64,000 nucleotides of DNA. Source: Barthelona sp. PCE. Taxonomy: Eukaryota. The DNA is taken from NCBI GenBank assembly GCA_040285745.1, contig JAUFOR010000002.1, positions 1,488,001 through 1,552,000 of the forward strand, written 5' to 3'. Made by a program: the position numbers and the translations under genes. The notes beneath the pieces are model-generated. The model was not told the origin of the DNA. It did no database searches and saw nothing but the letters and a program-made list of their open reading frames with translations. Shown here one piece after another: positions 53,107 to 64,000 of the stretch (positions are counted from its first letter, which is position 1; each line of letters starts with the position of its first letter).

Positions 53107-54927
53107 TCACAGCATAGCATCAAGATCCACTTCTTCTGGTTCCACACCAGCTTCTTCATCGAACACATCGACCTTAGCTTCTTCATCAACTTCAACAGCC
53201 TTTAAACGCTCATCATCTTCACGTTTCTTTTCAATCTCTCTGATTTCACGTTCAATAAGCTTCTCATAAGCTTCTTCGGGACCGGAAAGGACTTCATCAT
53301 CAAGCAAATCACTATCGAGTTCACTCAAACCATCTTCAAGTGCACTTGTGTGCAACTCATCAAGTTCAGCATCGGAGATTTCGCTGCGGGAGTCATCAAG
53401 CATAAAGCTCAAATCATCATCGCTCAAGTCACTGAAAGTCACAGGTTTCACAACATACTCATCAACATCATCGATATCCTCAATTTCATCTTCCTTAGGT
53501 TGCTCCACCACAACAGCAGGCATGTATTGTGCGCGTTTGACACTCTCAACAACCAACCAGTGAATACAACGAGTGCAATCCATTCGTGTTCTCAGTTCCT
53601 GTTGAAATTGATTTTGTAGACGCTTTTTAAGCACCTCTCTGAACTCACGCTCATGATCAAGTCTCTTATCCAAGTTCGAAATATCATTACCCATTTGCTC
53701 TCTAGTACGCTTCAAGTCAGTAATCTCATCACTTCTCTTTTGGATTTCTTGCTCTCGCTTACCAATTTCTGCACGGAGAAGACGTAATTCCTTACGTTGC
53801 TTCTTCTCCACAATAATACGACGCTGCTGACGCTCTTCGTTGATCATTTCGATATTATTAATCTCTTGTTCTAAGTTAAGCTTCTCATTCTCAATAGTTT
53901 GAAGCTCAATCAGTAATTTCCTGTGTTCATCAGTCATACGAACGACGATTGCATCCTTACCTTCGTTCTCAGCAGTTAGATCTGTCACATCAGAGGTGAG
54001 TGCCTCACATTTGATCTGTTCAAGACGCAGATCTTCTTCCAAAGTCTCAATTTCCTTGTTCTTTTCCAGCAACCTCAACTCTAGGTCGTCAATACGCTGG
54101 ACCATCATGCTCGCAGCCTCTCCTTCAATAATCATCTCTGCCTCAGGTTCTTCTTCAACTTCTTCTGGTGCTGTCTCAGCTTGTTCCTGATCTTTTATGT
54201 CTTTTCTAAGCTGTTTTGAAAAGTCATGGAACTCTTGGCGACCCTCGTTGGTGAATTCTTGTTGCTTTAGGTTGCCCAATGAGTAAAGAACGGGTTCATT
54301 CAGACCCAAATCTTGACGAATTCTTGATTTCTCTTGTTCAATACGTTGGGCTTCAGCAACACCACGCTCGGTCATTTCATGTACCTTTTCCTCAACAAAA
54401 TCCTGTGTTTCATCAATAAACTTTGAGCGAAGATTGCTCTTAACATTGTCAACACGAACTTTTACGTCTTTTTCAATTTTTTCAAGCTCATCCTTCTTTG
54501 AATAAATCTGCTCCTTGATGTGTTCCTTCTCCTTCTCCTGTTCTTGAAGAATTTTATCGTGCTTCTCCTCCAAATTACTAAGGAAATTCTCTCGATGAAT
54601 GTTCTGACGCATCTGACTTTCTTCAGAGAGATTATTCTGAAGACGCTTCAGTGCTTGTGCACGTTTGATCTCTCCTTCAAGCTTAATAGCCTTGATTTCT
54701 TGATCAACCTTCTTGTAATTGGGACTAGCAAACTTAGGTGAAGCAATATTGCTTGAAATATCAGCAAATGTCTGCTTTGATGCATACTGGTTGATTTTGT
54801 TCAGTAAATCGTTCTTCTTACGTGAAATAGCGTCTGCTTCACGACGAATTGAATCAAATTCGTTATCCAGTTTGCGTTTACGCCTTCTATTGGACTTTTT
54901 GGCACTTCTACGGGTCGGGCTGTTCAT
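53107..54927 (-). CDS. Coiled-coil protein with acidic C-terminus, function unknown
   Basis: 606-aa ORF rich in E/K/R/Q heptads. Confidence 0.7.
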   Translation of the reverse strand: MNSPTRRSAKKSNRRRKRKLDNEFDSIRREADAISRKKNDLLNKINQYASKQTFADISSNIASPKFASPNYKKVDQEIKAIKLEGEIKRAQALKRLQNNLSEESQMRQNIHRENFLSNLEEKHDKILQEQEKEKEHIKEQIYSKKDELEKIEKDVKVRVDNVKSNLRSKFIDETQDFVEEKVHEMTERGVAEAQRIEQEKSRIRQDLGLNEPVLYSLGNLKQQEFTNEGRQEFHDFSKQLRKDIKDQEQAETAPEEVEEEPEAEMIIEGEAASMMVQRIDDLELRLLEKNKEIETLEEDLRLEQIKCEALTSDVTDLTAENEGKDAIVVRMTDEHRKLLIELQTIENEKLNLEQEINNIEMINEERQQRRIIVEKKQRKELRLLRAEIGKREQEIQKRSDEITDLKRTREQMGNDISNLDKRLDHEREFREVLKKRLQNQFQQELRTRMDCTRCIHWLVVESVKRAQYMPAVVVEQPKEDEIEDIDDVDEYVVKPVTFSDLSDDDLSFMLDDSRSEISDAELDELHTSALEDGLSELDSDLLDDEVLSGPEEAYEKLIEREIREIEKKREDDERLKAVEVDEEAKVDVFDEEAGVEPEEVDLDAML

Positions 54928-55338
54928 TATACACGGTTAAAACCTTGCCACCAACAAAGAAAAGATGTAAATTTTTGAAAACAAAATGGCCAGCATTACA
55001 TCATTGTCCGGACGTGCAGGTGAGCATGAAGTACACTACAGAGTCGTGTGCAGAAACCTAAATATCTTTATTTGCTATGAAAAATGAAAAGCAAGCCTAT
55101 AACACTTAGTGGATGAAAAATCTCAATCGTAGACTGAATTATGGAGTTTAACCTCATATTTAAAGAGATACTTCCACATATTGTGCTATGTTATTCTTTT
55201 CATGAATTCTTTACAAACAAAGATATTTTATTGTTCAATGGTGCCTAAAGAATGTCATAATATAGTAATACCAAGCTTAGTTCGGAAATAAGTACTCAAA
55301 AGTCTTGTTGAAGCTATTCTACCTTTTTCACCATTCAA

Positions 55339-58300
55339 ATGAGTTTCTTTCGACCAAGCAACCGAGCACCGTCATTCATTGAGAGAATCAGAGACCCTTC
55401 TGAAACTCGAAAAGCACTCTCCTCATTATATAAGGATCTTAAGCGCAATGGGCGATCTTCAACCATATTTCAGAATTACACATCGAGGAGTCCAGAGCTC
55501 ATTGAACTTTTTAGTTTGTTGAGTGACAATATTGACTCTAATCCTTTGTTAAGCGTATTTTCGCTGAAGTGTATTGCATATTGCGTTAAATATACATCCA
55601 CTAGCACAGGCCAGAAGGCCATTATCACCAACATCAAAAGAGCATATCCATTCATCTCAAAACTGTTCAATAATACTGAGCATATACAGAATGCAGGAGC
55701 CGTTTTCGAACTCATTACTTGTGTTCCTGAGGGTCCCATCATCTACGACCTCATCGGCATACTGAAGAAGATTAACATGTTACACCTTGATGTATACAAA
55801 TTTAGTGGTAAACCCACAAGTCGTCGAGCATATGTTGAGTGTGTTCATCGTCTACTTTCCTTACGTATTGGTAACTTTTTCATCAAATACAGCTTCTTCT
55901 TACCATTTTTGAAGGGTATTAAGTTTGATAACCAGGGTTTTGAAGAAAGTTATGCTATCTTTGAGTCCATTATTGATCATATTAAGAACACTGACGTTCC
56001 CGCTAACCAGCTCATCTTTATTGACAGTGAGTTCTTCCTCGCTCTCATCGCGTTCAAGAGACATGATGTTTTAGTCGAAAAATGCAACATTTTGATTTCT
56101 GAATTAATTGGTATTGCTAAATTACCACTGTATGCGACGTACACGGAGCAAATCCCATCTGTGGTGAGCTCCCTGAGTGCAGAGCAGAAACTGCATGTCT
56201 TTAAGACACATAAACACTTATTGCTTCCTTTCATTGAACAGTATAGATACACAGATAAAGTAACAGATAACTCACCAGAAATAGTTCAACGCCTTGATTT
56301 TCTGACAAGCATCCTTTTGTTGGTCAAGCGTCAGAGAATCACTCTGTTGAAGGAACAGTGTGCCTTCCTCAATCTTCCATTCCTTAGTCAGTGTCTCAAG
56401 AACAAGGAGTACTTCAAGTTCGTTATCGTTCTTCTTGACGTATTCTTTGATGTTTATTCCGGCATAATTTCGGATGTTCTGAACTGCAGTATATTTAAGA
56501 TTGTGAAAAAGAATGTTGTTAGTGGGACTGTTACACCCAATGAGCATCCTTTTCTCTTTACATTTTTACAGAAGGCTTTCAGAATCTACCCTTCCATCGT
56601 GCATTACTTTGACAATGTGAAAGTTTTCTTTGAAGTTGATGATGATATCTTCACAAATTCAGTTTACTTAGACTTCCTTATCTCTCTGCTTTCTGCTTAC
56701 GGAAAAGCTGTTCTGGACCACACAACAATCTCTGTTCTCATACAGAGAGTCACACGTCTTTATGAGACTGATGGCTTTGTTCTATCCGATCCCTTCTTCA
56801 ATGTTATGAAGTTAATGAACACAGTCACCGCACTTAACATCCCACAGATCATTTTAGTCGCCCCTATCATGTTTATGCTCACGGTTAACCCATCATTCAG
56901 GAATGAACTATTCGGTGCGTTACCGGTCATGTATGATCTCATTTTTACAACAACAAATGCTTTTGTTTTAGATGAATGTGTTGTGTTTATTTCAAAGTAT
57001 CTTTCTGCTTCTTTTGTTGAAAAGATTCAAACTTTCTTCAACACCCCTTCTGAAACAATTAGTGCACAATATCAAGCTATGCAATACGGTTACTTACCAT
57101 ACTTGTACTGCCTATTTCTGCAACTCGGACGTGAAACTGAGGAAACTGAATTGGACCGTAGACAGCGCAAACCAATCCTTCGTGATATTTCAAAGTGCCT
57201 TACTGCCATCAAGAAGGCTAAGAAAGACAGTGTTTCCAATTGTTTCATGCGCAACTTCGCCCCCTCTCTTGCAGAGATGTTCTTGTCCTTTTACAGCAAA
57301 TACTCTCGTCAGTTCTTCCTTGGTAGACTCGGTTCATTCAACACTCTTTTCTATCACTATGATCAGTGCACGGTTTTGAAGCACTGCGCCCTTCTCGGCG
57401 ATGAAATTGATCCAGAGCTGTGGTTGGCACATCCTCGTGCCCTTGAACTCCTCATAGATGATATGGAAAAAGTTACTGTATTCGATGTGAGTGAGATTGC
57501 CAGCCTGTGCCTCACTATGCCAGCTTTTTGGTCTGAGGAGTGTATCCGCTACCTTGTTCCCCGTGCCTCAACTATACCTTTCAACTTCCATCCTTACACA
57601 GAGGAGAACAAACCACTTTTCGTTGGATTCATGGATCAGTACGATCATGACACGAGGAAACTCGCACTGTCATCTCTTCTCATGCACTTTGATTGGGAAT
57701 TCGACGAGCTGAACTTTGATGAGATTTTTAGCCAACCTCCCACTAATGATTACACCAAGCTTGACATGTTTACACATTACATATTCGAGACACTCGTTTC
57801 GATTGACGGTATTCGTATCGCTATTAAGAAGCTGGTGGGTCTTCCAGTGTTCTTTGCAGAATTCACTGTCGATACCATCATCAAGGTGCTCCGAAAAATT
57901 GAAAACGACAGCGTACCTCTCAAGCGTATGGATATATCCATTGATCTTGAGCCAGCTTTCCTTGTTGAACTGTGTCGCATTGCTGAGAGCAAGCCAACAC
58001 ATGTTGTCAATTTCTTCGTTGAGAATGAAATGTATGAAGAGATTTTTGCTGTCTTGCAGTTCGAGCCGGAGTTGTTCACAAAACTTGGTGAGCTTCCTAT
58101 TGGAGAACTTTCCCTTTCACTTGATCACATGCGCAAGAGTTCTGTCGCTCCTTTTCTCTTCAATACAGGTGCCGAATCTGGATTTGAACCCTGTAACAAG
58201 GATTTTTCCGTTGCAGTCGATATTCCTGAGTTATTATTGAATCCTGTTCTGACGAAGAATAATGTTCACAAAACAATCAACGCTCTTCCTGCATTGGACA

Positions 58301-59280
58301 TGTTTATGAACGGCAAGAAATTGGATTTGTTGAATGTTGACAAACACATATTTGATACAACAACCATAGTCAACTATGAACTTTTTGTTCTCAACTTTGC
58401 CTATTTAGCAAACTTATATGGTCTACCAGAAAATATTGAAGATCAGCTCGTTACTATCGTCCTTCCACTGGCCATTATCGGTCTTTCAAGCGGAAAGATG
58501 TTTGTTCGTCGTGCTTGTGGTTACATTGTTGGTGCAACTGTGCAATATTTAAAACAGGAGTCCGTTAAGATGCCCCGGAAGCATCGTGTGACAAAGGTTA
58601 TACGTGCTGCTCAGCAGTTGATGGATAACAACCACCAATTGTGTCTCTTTGACGCCAGTTTCCTCGCCGAGTCAGTGTTTGTAGTCTCCGCGCAGGCACA
58701 CTCATGCAAAATGTTTGTTGAAAAGACGCTTGAATCATGTGAAAAGACATTACAGAGCAAGAAGTATTCTTTCATCACAAAAATGCTCTTTGCCTACGAT
58801 ACACTTGATACGAAAGGCAAAGATCAGCGCCAGTTCATACTCAGCATCAGTAACGCACTTGACGAACATAGCATCCAGAGCGTTGGTCTTTTGGACTTTT
58901 ACATTGGTTGTTTGGATGCACATGAGCGTATCGATCACCGTTTGCTCCGTAATGTGTTCCGTAACATATATCTTCTTCTTGTCAATGACCGAACATCTGA
59001 TCTTATTGAAAAGTACAGTTTCCACCTCGTATTGCGCCAGTTAAACAGAGATCATCCACTCCTATCTTTGATGAGTGATAGCACAAAGAACAGATTCTTT
59101 AACAGAACTAGGAATGATATCGTTGTTGCTAACTTTGAAGGCTTATCTTGTTCTGCTGATTATTTGGTTGAAGCTGCTGAATACGATATTAATATTCATA
59201 ATGCTATTAAAATTGCTAAAAATGGTGTTATGGATGCTAAGAGTTATGCATTTTATAGTGATTTGCTTAATCATAGTTAA
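55339..59280 (+). CDS. Helical-repeat protein, probable URB1/Npa1 (ribosome biogenesis)
   Basis: 1313 aa. N-terminal SPELIEL...RRAYVE..FLKGIKFD and C-terminal LAIIGLSS..MFVRRACGY resemble the Npa1 and NopRA1 regions. Confidence 0.5.
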   Translation: MSFFRPSNRAPSFIERIRDPSETRKALSSLYKDLKRNGRSSTIFQNYTSRSPELIELFSLLSDNIDSNPLLSVFSLKCIAYCVKYTSTSTGQKAIITNIKRAYPFISKLFNNTEHIQNAGAVFELITCVPEGPIIYDLIGILKKINMLHLDVYKFSGKPTSRRAYVECVHRLLSLRIGNFFIKYSFFLPFLKGIKFDNQGFEESYAIFESIIDHIKNTDVPANQLIFIDSEFFLALIAFKRHDVLVEKCNILISELIGIAKLPLYATYTEQIPSVVSSLSAEQKLHVFKTHKHLLLPFIEQYRYTDKVTDNSPEIVQRLDFLTSILLLVKRQRITLLKEQCAFLNLPFLSQCLKNKEYFKFVIVLLDVFFDVYSGIISDVLNCSIFKIVKKNVVSGTVTPNEHPFLFTFLQKAFRIYPSIVHYFDNVKVFFEVDDDIFTNSVYLDFLISLLSAYGKAVLDHTTISVLIQRVTRLYETDGFVLSDPFFNVMKLMNTVTALNIPQIILVAPIMFMLTVNPSFRNELFGALPVMYDLIFTTTNAFVLDECVVFISKYLSASFVEKIQTFFNTPSETISAQYQAMQYGYLPYLYCLFLQLGRETEETELDRRQRKPILRDISKCLTAIKKAKKDSVSNCFMRNFAPSLAEMFLSFYSKYSRQFFLGRLGSFNTLFYHYDQCTVLKHCALLGDEIDPELWLAHPRALELLIDDMEKVTVFDVSEIASLCLTMPAFWSEECIRYLVPRASTIPFNFHPYTEENKPLFVGFMDQYDHDTRKLALSSLLMHFDWEFDELNFDEIFSQPPTNDYTKLDMFTHYIFETLVSIDGIRIAIKKLVGLPVFFAEFTVDTIIKVLRKIENDSVPLKRMDISIDLEPAFLVELCRIAESKPTHVVNFFVENEMYEEIFAVLQFEPELFTKLGELPIGELSLSLDHMRKSSVAPFLFNTGAESGFEPCNKDFSVAVDIPELLLNPVLTKNNVHKTINALPALDMFMNGKKLDLLNVDKHIFDTTTIVNYELFVLNFAYLANLYGLPENIEDQLVTIVLPLAIIGLSSGKMFVRRACGYIVGATVQYLKQESVKMPRKHRVTKVIRAAQQLMDNNHQLCLFDASFLAESVFVVSAQAHSCKMFVEKTLESCEKTLQSKKYSFITKMLFAYDTLDTKGKDQRQFILSISNALDEHSIQSVGLLDFYIGCLDAHERIDHRLLRNVFRNIYLLLVNDRTSDLIEKYSFHLVLRQLNRDHPLLSLMSDSTKNRFFNRTRNDIVVANFEGLSCSADYLVEAAEYDINIHNAIKIAKNGVMDAKSYAFYSDLLNHS

Positions 59281-59374
59281 ACTGATCAATAAATTAAACA
59301 CTATTGTTATGAAAAGAAGTTTGTATTGCTATTTACAAAAATTTATGCTGAATACAGATGATTGTTACATGCTG

Positions 59375-59701
59375 CTATTCTAATTTTGGAGCTAAGATTT
59401 CCAACTCATCTTGCTGAGCAGCTACTTGTGCTGCCACCTCTGCCTCATATCTGATTCTATCGTTTCTCGCCATTTTTTCGTATGTCAATTTTTCTGATGA
59501 ATCCATAGACTTCCATTGTGTAGCAAGTTGCTTAACAATAGTTGTGATTGGTACGTCTGGGTTTTGTTGACGAAAAGCAACTCTTCTCTCCTGAATGAAG
59601 AACATAAACGCAGTCATATTTCGTTTTGGTTTGTTCCTCTTCTTTCTCCTTATTCCTTCATGTGCAACTTGGATATCATTGTCTTCATTTGTGTTTGTCA
59701 T
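59375..59701 (-). CDS. Single HMG-box protein (NHP6-like)
   Basis: KPKRNMTAFMFFIQERR...NPD...LATQWKSM..EK..YEKMA..DRIRYEAE. Start placed at MTNTNED. Confidence 0.9.
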   Translation of the reverse strand: MTNTNEDNDIQVAHEGIRRKKRNKPKRNMTAFMFFIQERRVAFRQQNPDVPITTIVKQLATQWKSMDSSEKLTYEKMARNDRIRYEAEVAAQVAAQQDELEILAPKLE

Positions 59702-60239
59702 GTTTTTGTAAAGAAAAAAACGTTGAAAAGGGACTTTAATGAAAATACAAACCAGAATTTTGTAATTGTGGATTCTTACAACTAAAAATGATACTTTATT
59801 AGCAAAAAAACTCATATACGGAGCTAAAAGTTACAATAAAGGAGTTTAATAATGTTTGGGCTAAACTCTCTTTTTCTTCTCTAATTCACTTTTTAATGAT
59901 ATTTCTTGGATATAATCATCTATTTAGCTTGACAACACCACAAAATTAGCGTTAATACGTGCTTGAAGTACATTCCCAATTCTGTGTGGTGCAGTTTAGC
60001 TTTTCCGTGCTCTCTGGTATTGGAAGGTGCAGTTCTGATCACGTATCCGATGTCTGCTCTGGAGATATATAAAACGCGTTGAGTTAAATCAGAAAGAACA
60101 TGAGGCTTATTGCATTGTAACATCTTCTTATTTCGTAAAATAAATCACCAAAACCCACCTCATCGTTGGATGTCGTGCCTATGCGCGTAGAAAACAGAGT
60201 TTTTAAATATGTTTTCACATTTATCTACCTCTTTCACAT

Positions 60240-60749
60240 ATGTCGAATTTAGCGGTTAAGAGATTAACTAAGGAAGCAAATGACATGGCTAGGTGCGAGA
60301 TCCCACTCATTTCTGCATCACCTGACGAAAATGGAAACCTTTTCAAATGGACATTCTCCATCACAGGACCCGAAGATACTCTTTTTGAGTCGGGGATATT
60401 CCAGGGAGAAATTCTTTTCCCTCCAACATACCCATTAACTCCCCCAACCGTAAAATTCACAACTAGAATATATCATCCAAACGTCTATCCTTCAGGTGAA
60501 TTATGCATCAGTATTCTTCATCCCCCGGTACACGATGAGTTTGGATACGAGTCCATTGAAGAACGTTGGAGTCCAGCTCAATCAGTATCATCTATTCTTT
60601 TGAGCACCTTATCACTATTAAGTGACATCAATGTTGAATCACCAGCAAACGTAGATGCTGCTCGTTGTTACAGAGAGAACTTTGATGAGTTCAAAGAACG
60701 TGTTCGCGAATGCGTAGCTGAAAGTTTGGATGAGGATAATTGGGCTTAG
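60240..60749 (+). CDS. UBC7: Ubiquitin-conjugating enzyme E2, UBC7/UBE2G class
   Basis: HPNVYPSGELCISILHPP with the acidic loop insertion, ERWSPAQSV, ESPANVDAA. Confidence 0.92.
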   Translation: MSNLAVKRLTKEANDMARCEIPLISASPDENGNLFKWTFSITGPEDTLFESGIFQGEILFPPTYPLTPPTVKFTTRIYHPNVYPSGELCISILHPPVHDEFGYESIEERWSPAQSVSSILLSTLSLLSDINVESPANVDAARCYRENFDEFKERVRECVAESLDEDNWA

Positions 60750-60908
60750 GTTGATTATTTACTCTTGCAAGCTAAGTAACTCTAAATCAATAAAATCAGT
60801 ATTGAATATTCCACATATAGCAATAAAAATGAGAGCATTGAGAAAAGATTAAACATTCAATATATGATATTTATATTCCTACATAGCTTGTTGGTTCATT
60901 AATGCAGC

Positions 60909-60935
60909 CACACACACACACACACACGCACACAC
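60909..60935. repeat. (CA)n microsatellite with one interruption
   Basis: CACACACACACACACACACGCACACAC in intergenic DNA. Confidence 0.95.
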
Positions 60936-61140
60936 TGCTGAAATATAACAAATTGAGTATTTCCTTCAAAAAGAGCTCAAGCAGGTTTTCAATTCTCTTC
61001 CTTTCTTAATTTATTTCCACTAAGCGTACATATTATTCAGTTTAACAGGAATTCAATTGGTATAGAATACATAACAGCATAAAAAACTTGTCATTTCTTC
61101 TTTTCATCCCTTTCTTCTTTTTTTTTTCGTGGTCTTATTT

Positions 61141-63735
61141 ATGTATCGTCCCAAAAACGAACTTTCCCGTGTTGATAAACACACTTTTCATTCTTTAGTT
61201 TGGGCCCATTCGTTATATGAAGAATATTCCTCTTTGGACGCTCTAGGTAAGTTCAGCATATCTGTCATGTCCGTTTTTTATCCGGATGACACTGTTGCTC
61301 ATTTAAAGAAGCGTATGCAAACATTTACAAATGAAGAATGTGAAAAGGAAAACGACTTATTTCTCTATTATCAACCATTTTTCAATACGAATAATGCTAA
61401 AGTCATTACATCCCACTCATTGTTTTTATGTTTGGCCTTATTGCAGTTAAAATTAGTCTTAAATGATGATGAAGAGGCAGAAAAATTTGTTCTAAGGGTT
61501 GCTCACCAGATCTACTCATGTCTTCTTGATGAGTGTGACAAAAAATCACCCTGCAGTATAAGACTATTAGACATGTTTTCTAACGTCTGCTGGAGCTATG
61601 AGCTTTTAACCGTCATGGCTTATTATGAAGAATTCTTTTTTTACATAGAAATGCTCACCTCTATGCTTTCTACTTTCCAACGCTGCCGAGTAGACCTCCC
61701 AGAGAGGACAACTGATATGTTTGAATTAACTTGGCAGTCAGATGATCGTTTTCACCAATATGCAAATCTGACCAATATTCACCCCCTTCCCTTTTTGAAA
61801 GATTGGTGCTTTTACATGCCCGATGAAGAGTTCGTTGAGCTTATGGGCCCCATTAAGGAACGGTTATTCAAGAAATTGACGGTCATGTTCAATGACAAAG
61901 AGCCCAAATTTTTATATTATGCTGGTTTTCCTTTTAAACATATACAATTACACAACAGTGTTGTACGCAAGAAGTTTGAATTGGGCAACGTTGACCAAGA
62001 GCCAGAAATCTTAAGCATTACTGACTTTGATGAGTATGATTTGGTCTTCTTCATAACAGTTGGAAAGATGATCTTTCGTTGGGCAAATGTTTTCATGAAG
62101 GGACTGATAAAGAATCTAAACCTTACAGTTCTTATATTTGTTTACTATTCATTTTGCAAAATTTTTGAGTTTAACATTGTTCCTGATTTGGGCACTATTC
62201 TTGTTTTCATCTTGTTTAATACTGATTTTCCTAAGAACAATCATCGTTTTGAGCTGAGTAATATGTCAGCTATGGTAAATTTTGAGTTTTTAAATGACAA
62301 ACTGTATAATGGTATCAGTGGTAGGGTTTTAAAATTTGTCTTAGGTATACTGCTTTTTAAGTGCATGAAAGACAGTGATCCAACTATTTTCAGACGAACG
62401 GTAAGTTCAAACATGGCTAAGCGCAATTATTTACAGATAATGAATCACAAAAACTTTATTAAAACTAAGTTTACAAACAGTTACATGAAGAAAATCATCG
62501 CTGCCGTGGAGAAAAATGTTAAAAATAAGAAGCTTACTGTTGAACTAATACCAAAGTGGATGTATGAATGGGAGAAAATGGAGTTCAAAGAAATTCAGCG
62601 TTATGAATCACCGTGTTGCGACACTTTGAGCTTTTACAATGTGTATTACAATACATTTCATTTGCATTACAAACGATATCTTAATATCCCCAGTGATATT
62701 AATAGCAGATGCTTCTGTTTCCATTGTATTAAAAAGAGCAACTCATATATTGCACATAGAGAAGTTTTAAATGTTTTCCAAGGCATTTTCTCTACTGAGA
62801 AACTAGTATCACTCCTTACTGCCAGTGTATCAAAATCGAAACCAAACAAATCTAAAAAGATGGGTAAGAAACTGTCATCAGGAACGTGCGAAAGCTGTTC
62901 CCAGTTCACACCTGAACAGCCTGAATTGAGAAATATCACAACCCAGTTTCCAAAGCGGAAGCAAGTCTCCTTGTCTATTGTCACTGCAACAATTGTCAGC
63001 TCTGTTGAATCAATCCTGATATCAAAAGAGCTGACAGATCGAGACGTATATGCGCCAATTTCAATTATACTGTCTTCAGATGAGTCTCATCAACGACGTC
63101 TTGCCTCCTTTTGTTACAACCAATACAGCCTGGCTGCACAGTTAGGATTGACTGTTGTTCATCCGGATGAGCAGCTTCTCAACTCTGTCACTTGTGATTC
63201 AAAACTACAGTTGAATCTTATAATGCTCTTCTTTTTTGGTCCTTATTATGCGTTTCCCATGCTCGTTGACCGTGATAACCTGCGGGAAACACTAAACAAA
63301 CACAAGCTCTTCACTTTGGCCGATGCAATTGACGAACTAACAGTTTCCCAATTGATTACTTTTGATTTTTGTGATTTAAATGCCCTAAATGTAGGAATAC
63401 CCGTGGTGGAGCTTTTGAATAGGATCACGAAAACATATTACAGTATGTTTGATGTTGACATTACACCTTTAGATTTCTGTGTTGGAACAATAGAAAGAGA
63501 AGAAATGAGCCTGAGACAAGCCTATCCTGAGATGCACGTTGCTTATTCCATTCTCATGCCGCGTTTTTTACTGTTACGCATTTCGATGAGTAATGCTGAA
63601 TCTTTTGAGGAAAATTTTGCATATGATGATGTTTTATCTTTGCTTTATCAAGAACTGGTTGCAAACACCGCTTTTGAACGCAAGTTTCCTATTTCGTATG
63701 CTAAAAGCAAACCTCTGAAATATTCAGCTAAATAG
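61141..63735 (+). CDS. Hypothetical protein (about 864 aa)
   Basis: Long uninterrupted ORF from the ATG at 61141. No family recognised; scattered Cys pairs (CFCFHC, CESC). Confidence 0.7.
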   Translation: MYRPKNELSRVDKHTFHSLVWAHSLYEEYSSLDALGKFSISVMSVFYPDDTVAHLKKRMQTFTNEECEKENDLFLYYQPFFNTNNAKVITSHSLFLCLALLQLKLVLNDDEEAEKFVLRVAHQIYSCLLDECDKKSPCSIRLLDMFSNVCWSYELLTVMAYYEEFFFYIEMLTSMLSTFQRCRVDLPERTTDMFELTWQSDDRFHQYANLTNIHPLPFLKDWCFYMPDEEFVELMGPIKERLFKKLTVMFNDKEPKFLYYAGFPFKHIQLHNSVVRKKFELGNVDQEPEILSITDFDEYDLVFFITVGKMIFRWANVFMKGLIKNLNLTVLIFVYYSFCKIFEFNIVPDLGTILVFILFNTDFPKNNHRFELSNMSAMVNFEFLNDKLYNGISGRVLKFVLGILLFKCMKDSDPTIFRRTVSSNMAKRNYLQIMNHKNFIKTKFTNSYMKKIIAAVEKNVKNKKLTVELIPKWMYEWEKMEFKEIQRYESPCCDTLSFYNVYYNTFHLHYKRYLNIPSDINSRCFCFHCIKKSNSYIAHREVLNVFQGIFSTEKLVSLLTASVSKSKPNKSKKMGKKLSSGTCESCSQFTPEQPELRNITTQFPKRKQVSLSIVTATIVSSVESILISKELTDRDVYAPISIILSSDESHQRRLASFCYNQYSLAAQLGLTVVHPDEQLLNSVTCDSKLQLNLIMLFFFGPYYAFPMLVDRDNLRETLNKHKLFTLADAIDELTVSQLITFDFCDLNALNVGIPVVELLNRITKTYYSMFDVDITPLDFCVGTIEREEMSLRQAYPEMHVAYSILMPRFLLLRISMSNAESFEENFAYDDVLSLLYQELVANTAFERKFPISYAKSKPLKYSAK

Positions 63736-64000
63736 TTACTTTTTGTTCCATCTTGTTGATAATTTACAATAAACAATAAATTGTGTCATATTTAGACCTT
63801 CTAAAAAGAATTTAAAGTGCTGCTGCAATATAGAAGAAGATACTCGAAATTTCAGCTCATGACCATAACTTTAAGGATTCTATTTTGGACTAAAAACATT
63901 AAAACTACACCATGTTTTCAAGATTCATGCAAAAATAGTAAACTGATCTTTGATACTTGATTTTCACTTTTCATAACCTTTTCTAATAATTGAGCGATGT

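Noticed and set aside
59920-60123. 67-aa minus-strand ORF
   Set aside because: Short, with no motif; the region is better treated as promoter or ncRNA candidate.
1-64000. CRISPR arrays, rRNA/tRNA genes, bacterial operons, alternative genetic code
   Set aside because: No repeat-spacer array, tRNA cloverleaf or rRNA signature seen. All three stop codons end conserved genes at the expected positions.

Overview
Gene-dense, almost intron-free eukaryotic DNA in the standard genetic code (TAA, TAG and TGA all end real genes). It comes from a flagellated protist (CFAP43, axonemal dynein light chain 1). The one clear spliceosomal intron (GTATGT...ACTAACTTTTAG) has the fused branch-point/3' splice-site layout typical of metamonads, so a free-living metamonad is a plausible source (inference). 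About 27 protein-coding genes are present. Conserved housekeeping genes include cathepsin C, PCMT, UTP10, MO25, SMC3, an HMG-box protein, UBC7/UBE2G, LMBR1-like, SLC35F-like and AAAP transporters, and a probable URB1. The most notable loci are: (1) a bacterial-type OLD-family ABC-ATPase/TOPRIM nuclease (GajA/P2-Old-like) with an intact nuclease site but degenerate ATPase motifs, 51 bp downstream of SMC3; (2) an H-type-lectin/processive GT2 synthase fusion; (3) a large hAT transposase with its catalytic motifs but no evident TIR pair; (4) a GPS-like/EGF-repeat surface receptor; (5) a candidate structured, pseudoknotted non-coding RNA at about 43.0-43.1 kb; (6) a head-to-head pair of divergent orphan paralogs. 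All calls come from reading motifs by eye; no database searches were run.
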